The position numbers were made by a program, and so were the translations under genes. DNA of 64,000 bases. Origin: Limisphaerales bacterium. GTDB lineage: Bacteria; Verrucomicrobiota; Verrucomicrobiia; Limisphaerales; AAA164-E04. How positions within the stretch are numbered: the first letter of the stretch is position 1; the number at the start of each line of letters is the position of its first letter. Positions 1 to 10,564 of this stretch are shown piece after piece. The DNA lies in assembly GCA_965204945.1 (NCBI GenBank), contig OZ242022.1, forward strand, positions 3,797,591 to 3,861,590. Reading direction: 5' to 3'. The notes below the pieces were generated by a model. That model was not told where the DNA came from. It did not search any database and was given only the letters and a program-made list of their open reading frames with translations.

Positions 1-35
1 GTCCGCTTCAACTCTCCACGGACAAAAACTTCAGA

Positions 36-548
36 ATGTTTCCACGGCTGGAACAAGAAGGTGATGATATTGTAGGCAGAGAAAACATCGCGCCATTGCT
101 TGCCGATCCCGCTTTCTCTGATTTTCGAAGAATAAATATCTTGCCTCTAATTTATGACGAGAAAGCCCAAAGTTGCAACATTCTCGTTTTTGATTATCAC
201 CGAGCCGAAACTGAGACAGTCAGAATTTCAAGAGAAACAAGCAATCGAGGAAGAAAGCATCCTGTCTATCGATTTTACAATGCCAACAACGCCTATATTT
301 GCGAAGTGCGCTACGGAAACGCGGCCGCCAACGCTCTCCAACGCGGGCTATGGACTCACACGAAGAACGGTCTCAACTATTTTGACAGCATTACTAACGG
401 CTGGATTGACTACTCCCAAAACCATGTTCTCGTTAAACTCTTCTCTCATGCGCTTGTTTCTTCTGAAATCGGCCATAGGAATGCTCTGGACAAAATCAAA
501 GAGGACATTGTTCGCCTCAAAAAAAGCTCCTATATTCCGCCACTCTAA
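36..548 (+). CDS. putative type II restriction endonuclease (family not recognised), partner of the downstream methyltransferase
   Basis: The ORF stop (546-548) overlaps the ATG (548-550) of the DPPY methyltransferase as TAATG. The frame stays open back to nt 3, so the true 5' end may lie outside the window. No catalytic motif was recognised by eye. Confidence 0.4.
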   Translation: MFPRLEQEGDDIVGRENIAPLLADPAFSDFRRINILPLIYDEKAQSCNILVFDYHRAETETVRISRETSNRGRKHPVYRFYNANNAYICEVRYGNAAANALQRGLWTHTKNGLNYFDSITNGWIDYSQNHVLVKLFSHALVSSEIGHRNALDKIKEDIVRLKKSSYIPPL

Positions 549-1690
549 TGCAAACACAGTCTTTCCTCTTAGATAATGAGATTCCTGATATTCCTTCAAC
601 CGAAGGCATAAAATATACAGGATCTAAGCGCAAGCTTCTTCCCTATATTCTTGCGTTGTCACAGAAGACGGGCGCGCAAAGTGTTTTTGACGGCTTTGCC
701 GGTTCTACACGAGTCAGCCAAGCGTTTGCTCAGTCGGGATATAGAGTAGTATCCAACGACTTAGCGGAGTATTCCCGTGTTTTGGGCACTTGTTACCTAA
801 AAAACAGAAAGCATCCGAAAGAATATCGACCGCTCATTGATCATCTCAATTCGATGCCTCCAGAAGACGGCTGGTTTACCGAGCATTACGGCGGCGAGAT
901 CAATCCCGGCAACAGCGGCAACGCAATTCAAATCGATGGAACCAAGAAACCTTGGCAGAAGAAAAACACACGAAAACTTGACGCTATCCGAAGAGAAATT
1001 GACGCCCTGAAACTAGACAAGATTGCAAAAAGCGTGGCCTTGACAAGCCTAATTTTAGCGCTGGATCAAGTTGACAGCGCTCTTGGCCACTTTGCTTCTT
1101 ACTTGAAAGACTGGTCTCCTCGATCCTACAAAGACTTAAAGTTGCAAGTGCCTCGATTGTGGAAGAACCAAACCGCAAACACCGTGTTGTGCGGCGATGT
1201 TTTTCAAGCGCTTTCTAGCATTAAAGCCGACTTAGCTTATTACGACCCGCCTTATGGTTCCAACAACGACAAAATGCCGCCTTCCAGGGTTCGATACGCT
1301 TCCTACTATCATTTATGGACTACTGTTTGTAAAAATGATCACCCGTCCTTGTTTGGCAAAGCCTTCCGCCGGGAAGACTCGTCCGACGAAGTGGCGGCTT
1401 CAATATTTGAGGAATTTCGTACAAATGACTCTGGAAGATTCATTGCTACAGAGGCTATTGAACGACTATTGAAAGAGACACCTTGTCCATGGATTTTGCT
1501 TTCTTATGGTTCGAGCGGTAGAGCGGCGGCTGAGGAACTAAATGAAACAATAGAAAAGCATGGGAAACTTGTGGAGATTGTGGAGATGGATTACAAAAAG
1601 AATGTAATGTCATCTATGAAATGGACTCACCAATGGGCGCGAGAAATTGAGAAACCTAACAAAGAATTCCTGTTTCTAATAAGGAAGTAG
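548..1690 (+). CDS. N6-adenine DNA methyltransferase (alpha-class, D12/Dam-like motif order)
   Basis: An SAM-binding motif I-like FDGFAGSTRV lies near the N-terminus. Catalytic motif IV DPPYGS lies ~185 aa downstream, the order expected for alpha-type N6A MTases. The start is translationally coupled to the upstream ORF. Confidence 0.8.
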   Translation: MQTQSFLLDNEIPDIPSTEGIKYTGSKRKLLPYILALSQKTGAQSVFDGFAGSTRVSQAFAQSGYRVVSNDLAEYSRVLGTCYLKNRKHPKEYRPLIDHLNSMPPEDGWFTEHYGGEINPGNSGNAIQIDGTKKPWQKKNTRKLDAIRREIDALKLDKIAKSVALTSLILALDQVDSALGHFASYLKDWSPRSYKDLKLQVPRLWKNQTANTVLCGDVFQALSSIKADLAYYDPPYGSNNDKMPPSRVRYASYYHLWTTVCKNDHPSLFGKAFRREDSSDEVAASIFEEFRTNDSGRFIATEAIERLLKETPCPWILLSYGSSGRAAAEELNETIEKHGKLVEIVEMDYKKNVMSSMKWTHQWAREIEKPNKEFLFLIRK

Positions 1691-1711
1691 CATACAAAAG
1701 CGGCGGCCAGT

Positions 1712-2965
1712 TCAAGTGATTGGATCTTCAAAAATGGAGCGGAGGACTTCTTCTAGGGGAATTTCTCCGGAGGCGGCGCGAGCAATGCCTCCTTCCCAAA
1801 GTGTTTTCATGCCTTGTTGTTGGGCGATGGCTTGGAGTTTCCGGGTGCGGAACTTTTCCATCACGGCGTCGCGGATTGCCTCATTGACGGCCAGCATTTC
1901 CGTTAGGGCGGTGCGCCCGGCAAAGCCGGTTTCGTTGCAGGTGTCGCAACCGCCGCCTCGACGCCAGGTGGCATCGGCTAGCAGTGTTTTGGAAACTCGC
2001 TTGAGCAACGCCGAGTCAGGCGGATAGGGCATGGCGCAGAGAGGACAGTTTTTGCGGACGAGGCGCAGTCCGAGGATGCCAATGATGCTGGAGGCGAGGA
2101 GGAAGGGCTCGATGCCCATGTTGATCATGCGGGCGAAGACTCCGGCAGTGCTGCCTGAGTGAATGGTGCTTATGACGAGGTGGCCGGTAAGGCCGGCTTG
2201 GACGGCAATGGCGGCGGTTTCGGGATCTCGAATCTCTCCGATCATGATGACTTGCGGGTCTTGGCGCATGAGGGAGCGGAGCGCGAGAGGATAGGTGAAG
2301 TCCCTCGCGATGTTGATTTGGGACTGACTGATTTGCGAGAGGTTGAACTCCACTGGGTCTTCCACAGTGCTGATGCTGATGCTGGAGCCGTGCTGTTCCA
2401 CGAGGTGGCAAAGAGCAGCATAGATGGCGGTAGTTTTGCCGGAACCTGTTGGGCCGGTAAGCAAGAGCATTCCCGTTGGGCGGCTTAGTAGGTCTTTAAG
2501 AACGATCGAAGTGTTAACCTCGAAGCCCAGTTGATCGATGTCGAAGGCGCGGCTTTTAGGATCGAAGATGCGAATGACAATCTTTTCTCCGCGAGTGAAC
2601 GAATGACCGACGCCCCCTCGAATCACCGGAAAAAACGAAAGCCGAAGCTCCACGCCGCCCTCGCCCGTAGTCGCCCGAGCATGCCCTTCCTGCGGACGCT
2701 CGGTTTCGTAGTTAACCAGATTCGCCATGACTTTCAAACGCGCCGAGATTTTCTCGGCCAGTTCAAGAGGCAGGTGCTCAAATTCCTGGAGAACGCCGTT
2801 GAGTCGGAAACGGACGACGAGGCTCTCATCCCACGGCTCGACGTGGATGTCGCTGGAATTCGCGTCAATAGCGTCTAAAATAACGCATTCAACCATTTGA
2901 GCAATATCGATCTCTTCGAGGCTCGGACTTCGTTCGACAATCTGACGCGTTCGATTCACAATCAA
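1712..2965 (-). CDS. GspE/PilB-family secretion (type II/IV pilus) ATPase, short form
   Basis: Contains Walker A LLLTGPTGSGKTT, an Asp box MRQDPQVIMIGEIRD, a His box GHLVISTIHS and a C-terminal CPLC...CDTC tetracysteine. The start is TTG, with AAGGA 6 nt upstream. Confidence 0.85.
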   Translation of the reverse strand: MIVNRTRQIVERSPSLEEIDIAQMVECVILDAIDANSSDIHVEPWDESLVVRFRLNGVLQEFEHLPLELAEKISARLKVMANLVNYETERPQEGHARATTGEGGVELRLSFFPVIRGGVGHSFTRGEKIVIRIFDPKSRAFDIDQLGFEVNTSIVLKDLLSRPTGMLLLTGPTGSGKTTAIYAALCHLVEQHGSSISISTVEDPVEFNLSQISQSQINIARDFTYPLALRSLMRQDPQVIMIGEIRDPETAAIAVQAGLTGHLVISTIHSGSTAGVFARMINMGIEPFLLASSIIGILGLRLVRKNCPLCAMPYPPDSALLKRVSKTLLADATWRRGGGCDTCNETGFAGRTALTEMLAVNEAIRDAVMEKFRTRKLQAIAQQQGMKTLWEGGIARAASGEIPLEEVLRSIFEDPIT

Positions 2966-3963
2966 CTAGTTTCCTTATTTTTGGGCACTTATTAGTTGGT
3001 CACTATAGAACGACTTTCACCAACCGTCAAGAATTTTTCGGAAGCCAATGAATTGTAACCAGTGGTCGGTGGTTTGTTTTGTTGAGTAGGAAGTGAAAAA
3101 CAGATTTCTAAAAGAAAATCATTTCTTGAACAGCCAGCGGCTGATTAAACTGCGTCCTGAAACCGAAACAAAGTCCAGAAAATCACCAAACTGACAACCC
3201 CCAATCTATCCCGCAACCACTTGTCCGTCCCGCCCATGTTTTTAAAACTTGCTTGGGAATGAAACTCCAAACCCATATGGCGCACCCCAGACAAAGCGAA
3301 AACTACAACACATCAAAAACACCACTCTCCCAAGCTTTTCAACAAACGCTAAACCAGAAAACGAAAAACCCTAAAAACGCTATTGCCCGCCCGTTTCTTC
3401 CCACTGACGCAAGGCCTCCTGCATCCACTAATCCTCCCGCCTCATGCCCATCCTCTTCCAATCAGCACAAAGCCAAAGTAAATGTTTACCTCCAACAATC
3501 CTCCCTTGAGAATTCACTACACATCCTAAATCAATTCAGATTGGCGATAGTTTTCTCTGACAATTCCTGCTTCTGTGAATTCATCAACGCAATCTAGCTT
3601 CATCTATATCTCTCAAAACGATTTTCCCACAAACACCTACCATCTTCCCTAATTCTTCCCGGATGTGATAAACTTACCCCTCGCTTTCCATCCCTCTGCC
3701 CTATCGCGCAAGTTGCAAAGCCTATTGCCCTCATCTACTTCCCTGATGCGCATGGAAGAGGGACTCTTCACCTTAGCATGTAAGTTGTCAGAGAAGGATC
3801 TTTTGCACCCGCCCAAGCTATTTAGCGGAGTTGTTTTCTGCGGGAGGATTGGGAGCAAGTTCTGCTGGTGGCATATCCATTTCCCTATCCACGGCGCCGC
3901 CAAGAATCGGGGATAAGTCTTCTCTAACTTGCCCTGCGGCTCGCATTGTTCTATTGTGCGAAA

Positions 3964-4083
3964 CTACTCCGCTAACGATTCCGGCGAACAAAGGTCTTGC
4001 TTGATGACTTGGCCATTAGCGCGCATTTGTTCCATCTCTTCTAGCGTCGGCAAGCGAATCGTGCCGTCTTCAATCACCAACAT
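3964..4083 (-). CDS. small ORF, 39 aa (MLVIEDGTIRLPTLEEMEQMRANGQVIKQDLCSPESLAE), unknown function
   Basis: It is not in the ORF track (<60 aa). A perfect AGGAGG lies 8 nt upstream of the ATG at 4083, and the stop is TAG at 3964-3966. It sits ~370 nt downstream of galE on the same strand. Confidence 0.3.
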   Translation of the reverse strand: MLVIEDGTIRLPTLEEMEQMRANGQVIKQDLCSPESLAE

Positions 4084-4455
4084 CAGAATGGCCTCCTAAT
4101 TTGGTGCTATGGACATCCTGTTTACGGCTTTCGTGCCCCAATCGGATCACACCTTTTCCTCTCCCAAAGCGAAAAACTCAAACGAACGACACCAGTCTGT
4201 ATTGACGAGTTCTTACAATCCTCAGTAATTGTTCTCTGTCGATGGTCGCCGTCATCCCGTCGAAAACGAAGCAGACGAGCTAGATTCACCCGATGCGGAG
4301 AAAGAAATGTTGGCAGAGGAGGAAGGATCGGTTGTTCAACAGGCAAAACCCATTCTGTCGCATAGGTGCTGTGGAGGGGAAGTTTCATCGAACGTTCCTG
4401 GTGTTTCTTGTATCGTGTTAGATTGAATCGTACTGCGATAATTCGGGGATGTGGA

Positions 4456-5427
4456 TTAGGTGGGGTAGCCGTTGGGGTGGGTTTTGTGCCATTGCCAGGC
4501 GGAGTGGACGATGGTTTCGATGTTGGTGAAGGCTGGTTGCCAGCGGAGGGCGGCAAGGGAGCGGGAGGGGGCGGCGATTAATGCCGGCGGGTCTCCCGGC
4601 CTTCGGCTTTGTTCTTCGGCGGGGATTTTTGCGCCGGTGACGGTTTCACAAGCGGCGATGACTTCCCGCACGGAGTAGCCTTTGCCGGTTCCTAGGTTGT
4701 AGCAACCCACAAGGTCGGATTGGCTGGCTGTGACGTGGGCGGCGGCGAGGTCTTTGACGTGAACGTAGTCGCGCACGCAGGTTCCATCCGGCGTTGGGTA
4801 ATCGGTTCCGAAGATTTTGCAGGAGGCCTGTTGTTTCAGCGGCACTTTTAGGACGTTGGGGATGAGGTGGGTTTCGACGCGGTGGTGTTCTCCGAATTGG
4901 TTGGTGGCGCCGCAGGCGTTGAAGTATCGGAAGGCGATGAAGCGAAGCCCGTGAATTTCATGATACCAACGCAGGATTTTCTCGAAAATCAGTTTCGATT
5001 CGCCATAGGGATTGATGGGATTTTGAGGGGCGTCTTCGGAGATGGGGACTTGCTTGGGAATGCCGTAGACGGCGCAAGAGGAGCTGAAGACGATTTTGCG
5101 AACTTGGGTTTGGATGCAGGCGTTGAGCAGGTTTAATCCGTTGGCGACGTTGTTGCTGAAATATTTTTCGGGCGCTTGCATGGATTCTCCGACTAGAGCC
5201 GAAGAAGCGAAGTGGATCACCGCTTCCGGGTTGGCGGTTTGCATTGCTTGACGGATTTGTTCCGGTTGGCTGAGACAGCCTGGTAGAAAGTCCGCTTCCG
5301 GGTGCACGGCGCTTCGGTGGCCTTCGCTCAGATTGTCGAAAACGGTGACGCGATGGCCTTGTTCGATCAATTCTTGGACGCATGCGGAGCCGATGTAGCC
5401 GGCGCCTCCTGTGACGAGCGCGTTCAT
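4456..5427 (-). CDS. galE: UDP-glucose 4-epimerase
   Basis: The N-terminal Rossmann motif is MNALVTGGAGYIGS. The length (323 aa) and overall SDR-extended pattern with YxxxK (YGESK) fit GalE. Confidence 0.9.
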   Translation of the reverse strand: MNALVTGGAGYIGSACVQELIEQGHRVTVFDNLSEGHRSAVHPEADFLPGCLSQPEQIRQAMQTANPEAVIHFASSALVGESMQAPEKYFSNNVANGLNLLNACIQTQVRKIVFSSSCAVYGIPKQVPISEDAPQNPINPYGESKLIFEKILRWYHEIHGLRFIAFRYFNACGATNQFGEHHRVETHLIPNVLKVPLKQQASCKIFGTDYPTPDGTCVRDYVHVKDLAAAHVTASQSDLVGCYNLGTGKGYSVREVIAACETVTGAKIPAEEQSRRPGDPPALIAAPSRSLAALRWQPAFTNIETIVHSAWQWHKTHPNGYPT

Positions 5428-5698
5428 GTTGAAGAAGGGAAATTGCGGAAACGGCTTGGGAAGTCAAGTTTGAATTTGCGGTTGCGCGTTGCTTTTGGTT
5501 TTTCCGCGCGGCTTCGGCTTTGTTTTCCCGCGCCGGGTCGGCGGGTCTGTTTGAGGGAAATGGCATCGCATTTGTCTTTTTTGGGTCAACGGCCGCGGCG
5601 CAGATCTGTTTTTGTGACGGAGCGGCGAGAAAAATCATTCGCTTTTTTGAAGAAATGTCTCCAATCTGTTTTCGTGAAGAGTCGCTGAATTCCAAACC

Positions 5699-8164
5699 AT
5701 GGTTTTTGGGAACGTTATATTTTTGAGAGAAGAGTGGCTGTTCGCCGCTTTGGTGGGGCTGGGATTGGCGGCTGCGTTGCTTTTTGTTTCGTATCGGCGC
5801 CAGAAGGGTTCGCGGGGCGTCAAGCAAATTTGCTTTGTTCTTAAATTGTTGGGGTTTGGCTTGTTGATTTTGTGTCTGCTGGAACCGTCGTGGAGCGGGA
5901 CGCGGGCAAAACCGGGCGCCAACGTTCTGGCGGTTTTGGCGGACAACAGCCAAGGAATGCGAATCCGGGATGCGGGCTCCGCCGAGAGCCGCGGGGAACA
6001 ATTGTTGCGTTTTCTGGTGGATGAGCCGGCGCCGTGGAGGGAAGAGTTGGAGTCGCAATTTAAAGTGCGGCGCTACTTGTTTGACGCCGGCCTGCACGGG
6101 ACGGCGGATTTTGTGGATCTTCGTTTTGACGGGCGGGCTTCGGGATTAGGCTCGGCTTTGCGGTCTTTGTCGCGGCGATTCGCAGGGCAACCTTTGGCGG
6201 GCGTGTTGTTGTTTAGCGACGGGAACGCCACGGATATTGTTGACGGAAAGTGGGATTGGGACGGCCTGCCTCCCGTCTATCCCGTAGTTTTGGGAACGGA
6301 CGAGCCGGTGCGCGACATTTCTATCCAAAACATCGCGATCACGGAAACCGCCTTTGAAGACGCTCCGGTCACCATTCTGGCGGAAGTGGACGTCAATGGC
6401 TTCCGAGGCGGAAAAGTGTCGGCAAAACTGGCGCCGGCTTGGGAGGAACTAGAAAAACAACCTAAGACTCTGTCCGATGACGAAGGCCAAGCGAATGGAG
6501 AATTCGGCCTAGAGGAACAAATTCAAAAGGTTGAGAAAGATCGAGCGACGTTGCCTTTTCGGTTTCAATTTCGTCCGAAGAAGAGCGGAGTTTCCTTTTA
6601 TCAGTTGCGGGTCGCTTTGGCGGAGGCCGAAGGTTTTGGATTGTCTGGGAAAACAACCGAAGCCACCTTGGTCAACAATCGGCGAGTGTTGGTGGTTGAT
6701 CGCGGAGGCGGACCGCATCGAATTTTGTATGTCGCCGGCCGTCCCAACTGGGAATTCAAGTTTTTGAAACGAGCCCTTCAAGAGGACGATCAGGTTCACT
6801 TGGTAGGGTTGATCCGCATTGCCGAACGCGCGCCGCGATTCGAGTTCAAAGGCCGGCGCAACGAAACCAGCAATCCCCTCTATCGCGGCTTCGACAAACA
6901 AGACGAATTGACCGAGCAATACGATCAACCCGTGATGAGGCGGGACGGCGTGCGGGACAAAAGCGAGCTGTCCGGCGGTTTTCCCAAGAAGGCCGAAGAG
7001 TTATACGAATACGCGGCCATCCTTGTCGACGATTTAGAGGCGGATTTTTTCACCACGGACCAAATGCTTTTGATGCAAAAATACGTCTCCGAACGCGGTG
7101 GCGGCTTTCTAGCGCTGGGCGGATACAACTCCCTTGTGGACGGAGGCTACGACGGAACGCCCGCAGGAAACATGCTGCCGGTTTATTTAAACCAAAGCGC
7201 GAAAGACAACCCGACGGGCGAAGTGCGCATACAACTCACCCGCGAAGGCATGCTGGAACCTTGGATGCGTCTGCGTCCGAGAGAATCCCAAGAGCGAGAG
7301 CGGTTGGAATCGATGACGGCCTTCAAAGTCCTCAGCCAAGTGGGAGAACCCAAGCCCGGCGCAACCGTTCTCATGACGGCGCGAGAAGAGTCTACCGGGA
7401 CGGAATATCCCGCTCTGGCAGTGCAACGGTATGGGAGGGGAAAAACAGCGGCCATGATGATCGGCGACCTTTGGCGCTGGCAAATGCGAGACTACGCAAG
7501 AACGGGCGAACAACCAAAGGCTTGGCGGCAACTCATTCGTTGGTTAATTGCCGACGCGCCCCAACCCATCGAAATGACAATCCACCGCGTCCCGGACGAC
7601 GCCAACCAATCCGTCCAGATTGCAATTCGCGTCAAAGACAAACAATTCCGGCCGATGGAAAACGCCGCAGTCCGCTTAGCCGTAAAGTCCTTAACGCTCA
7701 AAGACTCGCGCGAAGCCGTGAATTCCGCAGTTTCCGAGACGGCGGCAGTCCATACAAACTCCGTGCAAATTACGGCAGAATCTTCGCCCCACGAAATTGG
7801 ACTTTACGAGGCTGTTTATGTGCCGCGGCAGACCGGAGGCTACGCGGTGGAGGCCGTCATAACCGATAGGAACGGATTGACGGTTGGACAGGCTGAAGCG
7901 GGTTGGAGTTCGGACCCGGCGGCGGAAGAATTCCAATCGCTTCATCCCAACCGCGAACTGATGAGGCAAATTGCCAGCCAAACCGGAGGCCAAGTGGTGG
8001 ACGCCGCCGAATTGAACGACTTCGCAAAGAAACTGCCCGCCCTCCAAGCGCCCGTGGTGGAAGAATGGACTTCCCCAATATGGCACAAATTTTGGATGTT
8101 TGCTTTGGCGATTGGATGTTTCATCTTGGAATGGGGCGTTCGCCGAGCTCAAGGCTTTGCATGA
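5699..8164 (+). CDS. large membrane protein with N-terminal double-TM (BatA-like) anchor and GATase1-like (DUF1355-type) domains
   Basis: Two N-terminal TM helices (WLFAALVGLGLAAALLF, LLGFGLLILCLL) and a C-terminal TM are present. The internal segments ILYVAGRPNWEFKFLKRAL and GGGFLALGG are typical of PVC putative-amidotransferase-like membrane proteins. The function call is from memory only. Confidence 0.6.
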   Translation: MVFGNVIFLREEWLFAALVGLGLAAALLFVSYRRQKGSRGVKQICFVLKLLGFGLLILCLLEPSWSGTRAKPGANVLAVLADNSQGMRIRDAGSAESRGEQLLRFLVDEPAPWREELESQFKVRRYLFDAGLHGTADFVDLRFDGRASGLGSALRSLSRRFAGQPLAGVLLFSDGNATDIVDGKWDWDGLPPVYPVVLGTDEPVRDISIQNIAITETAFEDAPVTILAEVDVNGFRGGKVSAKLAPAWEELEKQPKTLSDDEGQANGEFGLEEQIQKVEKDRATLPFRFQFRPKKSGVSFYQLRVALAEAEGFGLSGKTTEATLVNNRRVLVVDRGGGPHRILYVAGRPNWEFKFLKRALQEDDQVHLVGLIRIAERAPRFEFKGRRNETSNPLYRGFDKQDELTEQYDQPVMRRDGVRDKSELSGGFPKKAEELYEYAAILVDDLEADFFTTDQMLLMQKYVSERGGGFLALGGYNSLVDGGYDGTPAGNMLPVYLNQSAKDNPTGEVRIQLTREGMLEPWMRLRPRESQERERLESMTAFKVLSQVGEPKPGATVLMTAREESTGTEYPALAVQRYGRGKTAAMMIGDLWRWQMRDYARTGEQPKAWRQLIRWLIADAPQPIEMTIHRVPDDANQSVQIAIRVKDKQFRPMENAAVRLAVKSLTLKDSREAVNSAVSETAAVHTNSVQITAESSPHEIGLYEAVYVPRQTGGYAVEAVITDRNGLTVGQAEAGWSSDPAAEEFQSLHPNRELMRQIASQTGGQVVDAAELNDFAKKLPALQAPVVEEWTSPIWHKFWMFALAIGCFILEWGVRRAQGFA

Positions 8165-9180
8165 AAACGTTTCGTTGCCTCATTCTTCTTTTTCTTTTGG
8201 CGGGCATTAGGGCGTCGGCGGGCGAGCCTTCTTCTTCCGAACATCGCGCAACCCTCATCGTCGTTACCGGAATTGCCGGCACTCTCGAATACGAAACGAT
8301 CTTTGCCCGGCGATCCGCCCGTTGGCGCCGGGCGGGAAAAACCGCCAACGCCAAAGTGCATTCCATCGGCGAAGAAGAACCCAACGAACAAAGCGACAAA
8401 GAGCGATTGCGATCCCTGCTGGAAACAGAAGCGCAAAAGAAAGAGGGAACACTGTGGCTTGTTCTCAACGGACATGGAACCTTCAATGGAAAAAAGGGAA
8501 AATTCAATTTGCGGGGGCGAGACGTCTCAGCCGAAGAACTGGCCAAATGGCTTGAAACTTGTCAGCGTCCGCTGGCTGTAGTGAACGGATTCTCCGCCAG
8601 CGCACCCTTCATCCAAGCGCTTTCCAAAACCAACCGCGTAATCCTGTCGGCCACGAAAAGCGGTTACGAAATGAACTACTCTCGCTTTGGCGGCTACTTC
8701 TCCGAGTCTATCGGCAATCCAGAAGCGGACCTCGACAAAGACGGCCAAGTGTCTCTGTTGGAAGCATTCTTGACGGCAACCCGCAATACTGAGGAATTCT
8801 ACTCTTTGAACGGCCGACTGGCTTCTGAACACGCGCTCCTCGAAGACACCGGCGACCAGCAAGGCACCGAAGCTGATTGGTATCAAGGCGTCCGAGCAGT
8901 CAAAAAAACCAAAGACAACACCACGCCCGACGGACGCCGCGCTCACCAATTCCACCTTATCCAAAGCGAATTTGAGCGACGCATGCCAAAAGAACTTCGA
9001 AAACAGCGCGACGCCCTTGAATTCAAACTTCTAGAACTGCGAGACCGCAAAGCCTCCTTCAAAGAATCCGAGTATTACAAAAAACTAGAAGCCATCCTGC
9101 TACAACTCTCCGAATTCTATGCAACAGCCGAGGCCTTTATAGCAGAATCGCCAACTCATCCGAAACTGCCCGACGAATAA
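8161..9180 (+). CDS. secreted protein with caspase/legumain (C13)-like core, Cys position replaced by Ser
   Basis: The ATG at 8161 overlaps the upstream stop as ATGA. The signal peptide is MKTFRCLILLFLLAGIRASAG. LVLNGHGTF...VVNGFSASAPF resembles the His...Cys dyad spacing of C13 peptidases but has Ser at the Cys position. The fold assignment is tentative. Confidence 0.5.
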   Translation: MKTFRCLILLFLLAGIRASAGEPSSSEHRATLIVVTGIAGTLEYETIFARRSARWRRAGKTANAKVHSIGEEEPNEQSDKERLRSLLETEAQKKEGTLWLVLNGHGTFNGKKGKFNLRGRDVSAEELAKWLETCQRPLAVVNGFSASAPFIQALSKTNRVILSATKSGYEMNYSRFGGYFSESIGNPEADLDKDGQVSLLEAFLTATRNTEEFYSLNGRLASEHALLEDTGDQQGTEADWYQGVRAVKKTKDNTTPDGRRAHQFHLIQSEFERRMPKELRKQRDALEFKLLELRDRKASFKESEYYKKLEAILLQLSEFYATAEAFIAESPTHPKLPDE

Positions 9181-9185
9181 AAGCA

Positions 9186-10535
9186 ATGCGCGCAACTTTG
9201 CGAAAACAAAGAAAATCAAAAGAGATTCCTCCGCAAAAATCCCCTCCCTCTTTCTGGCGACGGGCCGCGGGCAAGGCCTTATTGCTCTTAGCCGGAACTG
9301 CCTTCGCCTGTGCGGCATTAGAAAGCTATCTCCGTCTCCAATGGCCCTTCCTAACCAACAAAGAATCGACGCACTTCCATCCCAAAGCCGGTAGCATCAG
9401 AAAGCCCAACGCAGAGGTGCGCTCGACAAATAACCACGGCGAATTCTTTACCATCCAACGCGTCAACCGATTAGGATTCTTAGACCGCGAGCCCATAAGC
9501 CCGGAGCAAAGAGGAACAGGTTGTCATATTACCATTATCGGTGACTCTTTTGTGGAAGCCAGACAAGTGGCCATCGCCGATAAATTCCATGTTCAATTAG
9601 AACGGCTCGCCGCCAAAGAATTGCCCCATCTGAACATGACCGCATCAGCCTTCGGACGCGGCGGCACCGGACAAATTAATCAATTGCCTTATTATGACGA
9701 GTTTGCCCGGCATCTGTGCCCCTGCGTTTTAGTGCTGGTGTTTGTGATCAACGACTTCGGCAACAACCATCCGATTCTCTCCTCATTGCAAAAGTCCGAA
9801 GCGTGGGATCCAGAGCATCCCCCATTCGCTACTGCGGAAAAAAATGCGGACGGCGCCTTTTGTTCGCATTCGCCGGATCGGAATTTCCGCAGGCACATGT
9901 TGCCTCGCCCGCCTATGTCTTGGACTTCAAGATTGAGAAACTATTGGACCCAAAAATTCTACCTTGCCAAGTGGCTGTACTCCAAGCGCTTGTTATGGAA
10001 ATACGCTCGCGCAGAGGCCGCTAAAGAAGGCCGCAAGGAGTCTGAAGATCTCCAAATGACTGCGCGGGTAAAACTTTTGAGCCAGCGCCCCCGTTATGCT
10101 TCTCTGACAAAAGAATGGCCGCCCATATCGAGGATAAATAGTGTGTTTGAAAGAAAAAATTTGCCGCCGATATTTGAGGAAGCCTTAGAATTTACGGCCT
10201 ACGCCTTAGATCAATTCAAAACTCGCGCGGATCAAGATGGTGTTTCGCTGATTATATTGTCCACGCATACTATGGGCGCCCGAGGAAACCTGCCTTTTGA
10301 TCGGATGAACGCATTGGCCAAAGAGCGCGGCATCTCCATCATCGATCAAGCGGATTACATTCGCCGCCAAGGCGGCCGAATTCCGGATGTGCATTGGAAA
10401 CATGACCGACATTGGAACGCAACCGGCCATCAATGGGCGGCGAAAGCCTTGTTAGAATACTTGAAGGAAAACCCGCATATTTGCCGCGCTGAATCCAACA
10501 ACTACAATTCCGCAGACACGACGCAACAAGACTAA
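9186..10535 (+). CDS. membrane-anchored SGNH/GDSL-like hydrolase (paralog 1)
   Basis: The N-terminus is basic and followed by a TM helix. A GDS block (IIGDSFVEAR) and a C-terminal HDRHWN (DxxH-like) are present. It is collinear with the next gene. Confidence 0.6.
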   Translation: MRATLRKQRKSKEIPPQKSPPSFWRRAAGKALLLLAGTAFACAALESYLRLQWPFLTNKESTHFHPKAGSIRKPNAEVRSTNNHGEFFTIQRVNRLGFLDREPISPEQRGTGCHITIIGDSFVEARQVAIADKFHVQLERLAAKELPHLNMTASAFGRGGTGQINQLPYYDEFARHLCPCVLVLVFVINDFGNNHPILSSLQKSEAWDPEHPPFATAEKNADGAFCSHSPDRNFRRHMLPRPPMSWTSRLRNYWTQKFYLAKWLYSKRLLWKYARAEAAKEGRKESEDLQMTARVKLLSQRPRYASLTKEWPPISRINSVFERKNLPPIFEEALEFTAYALDQFKTRADQDGVSLIILSTHTMGARGNLPFDRMNALAKERGISIIDQADYIRRQGGRIPDVHWKHDRHWNATGHQWAAKALLEYLKENPHICRAESNNYNSADTTQQD

Positions 10536-10564
10536 CCTCCAATCCCCCAATCAATATCTCTAAT

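Noticed and set aside
4958-6097. 379-aa minus-strand ORF overlapping galE and the BatA-like gene
   Set aside because: It is Arg/Pro/Gln-rich low complexity and antisense to two well-supported genes. This is typical spurious antisense reading of GC-biased codons.
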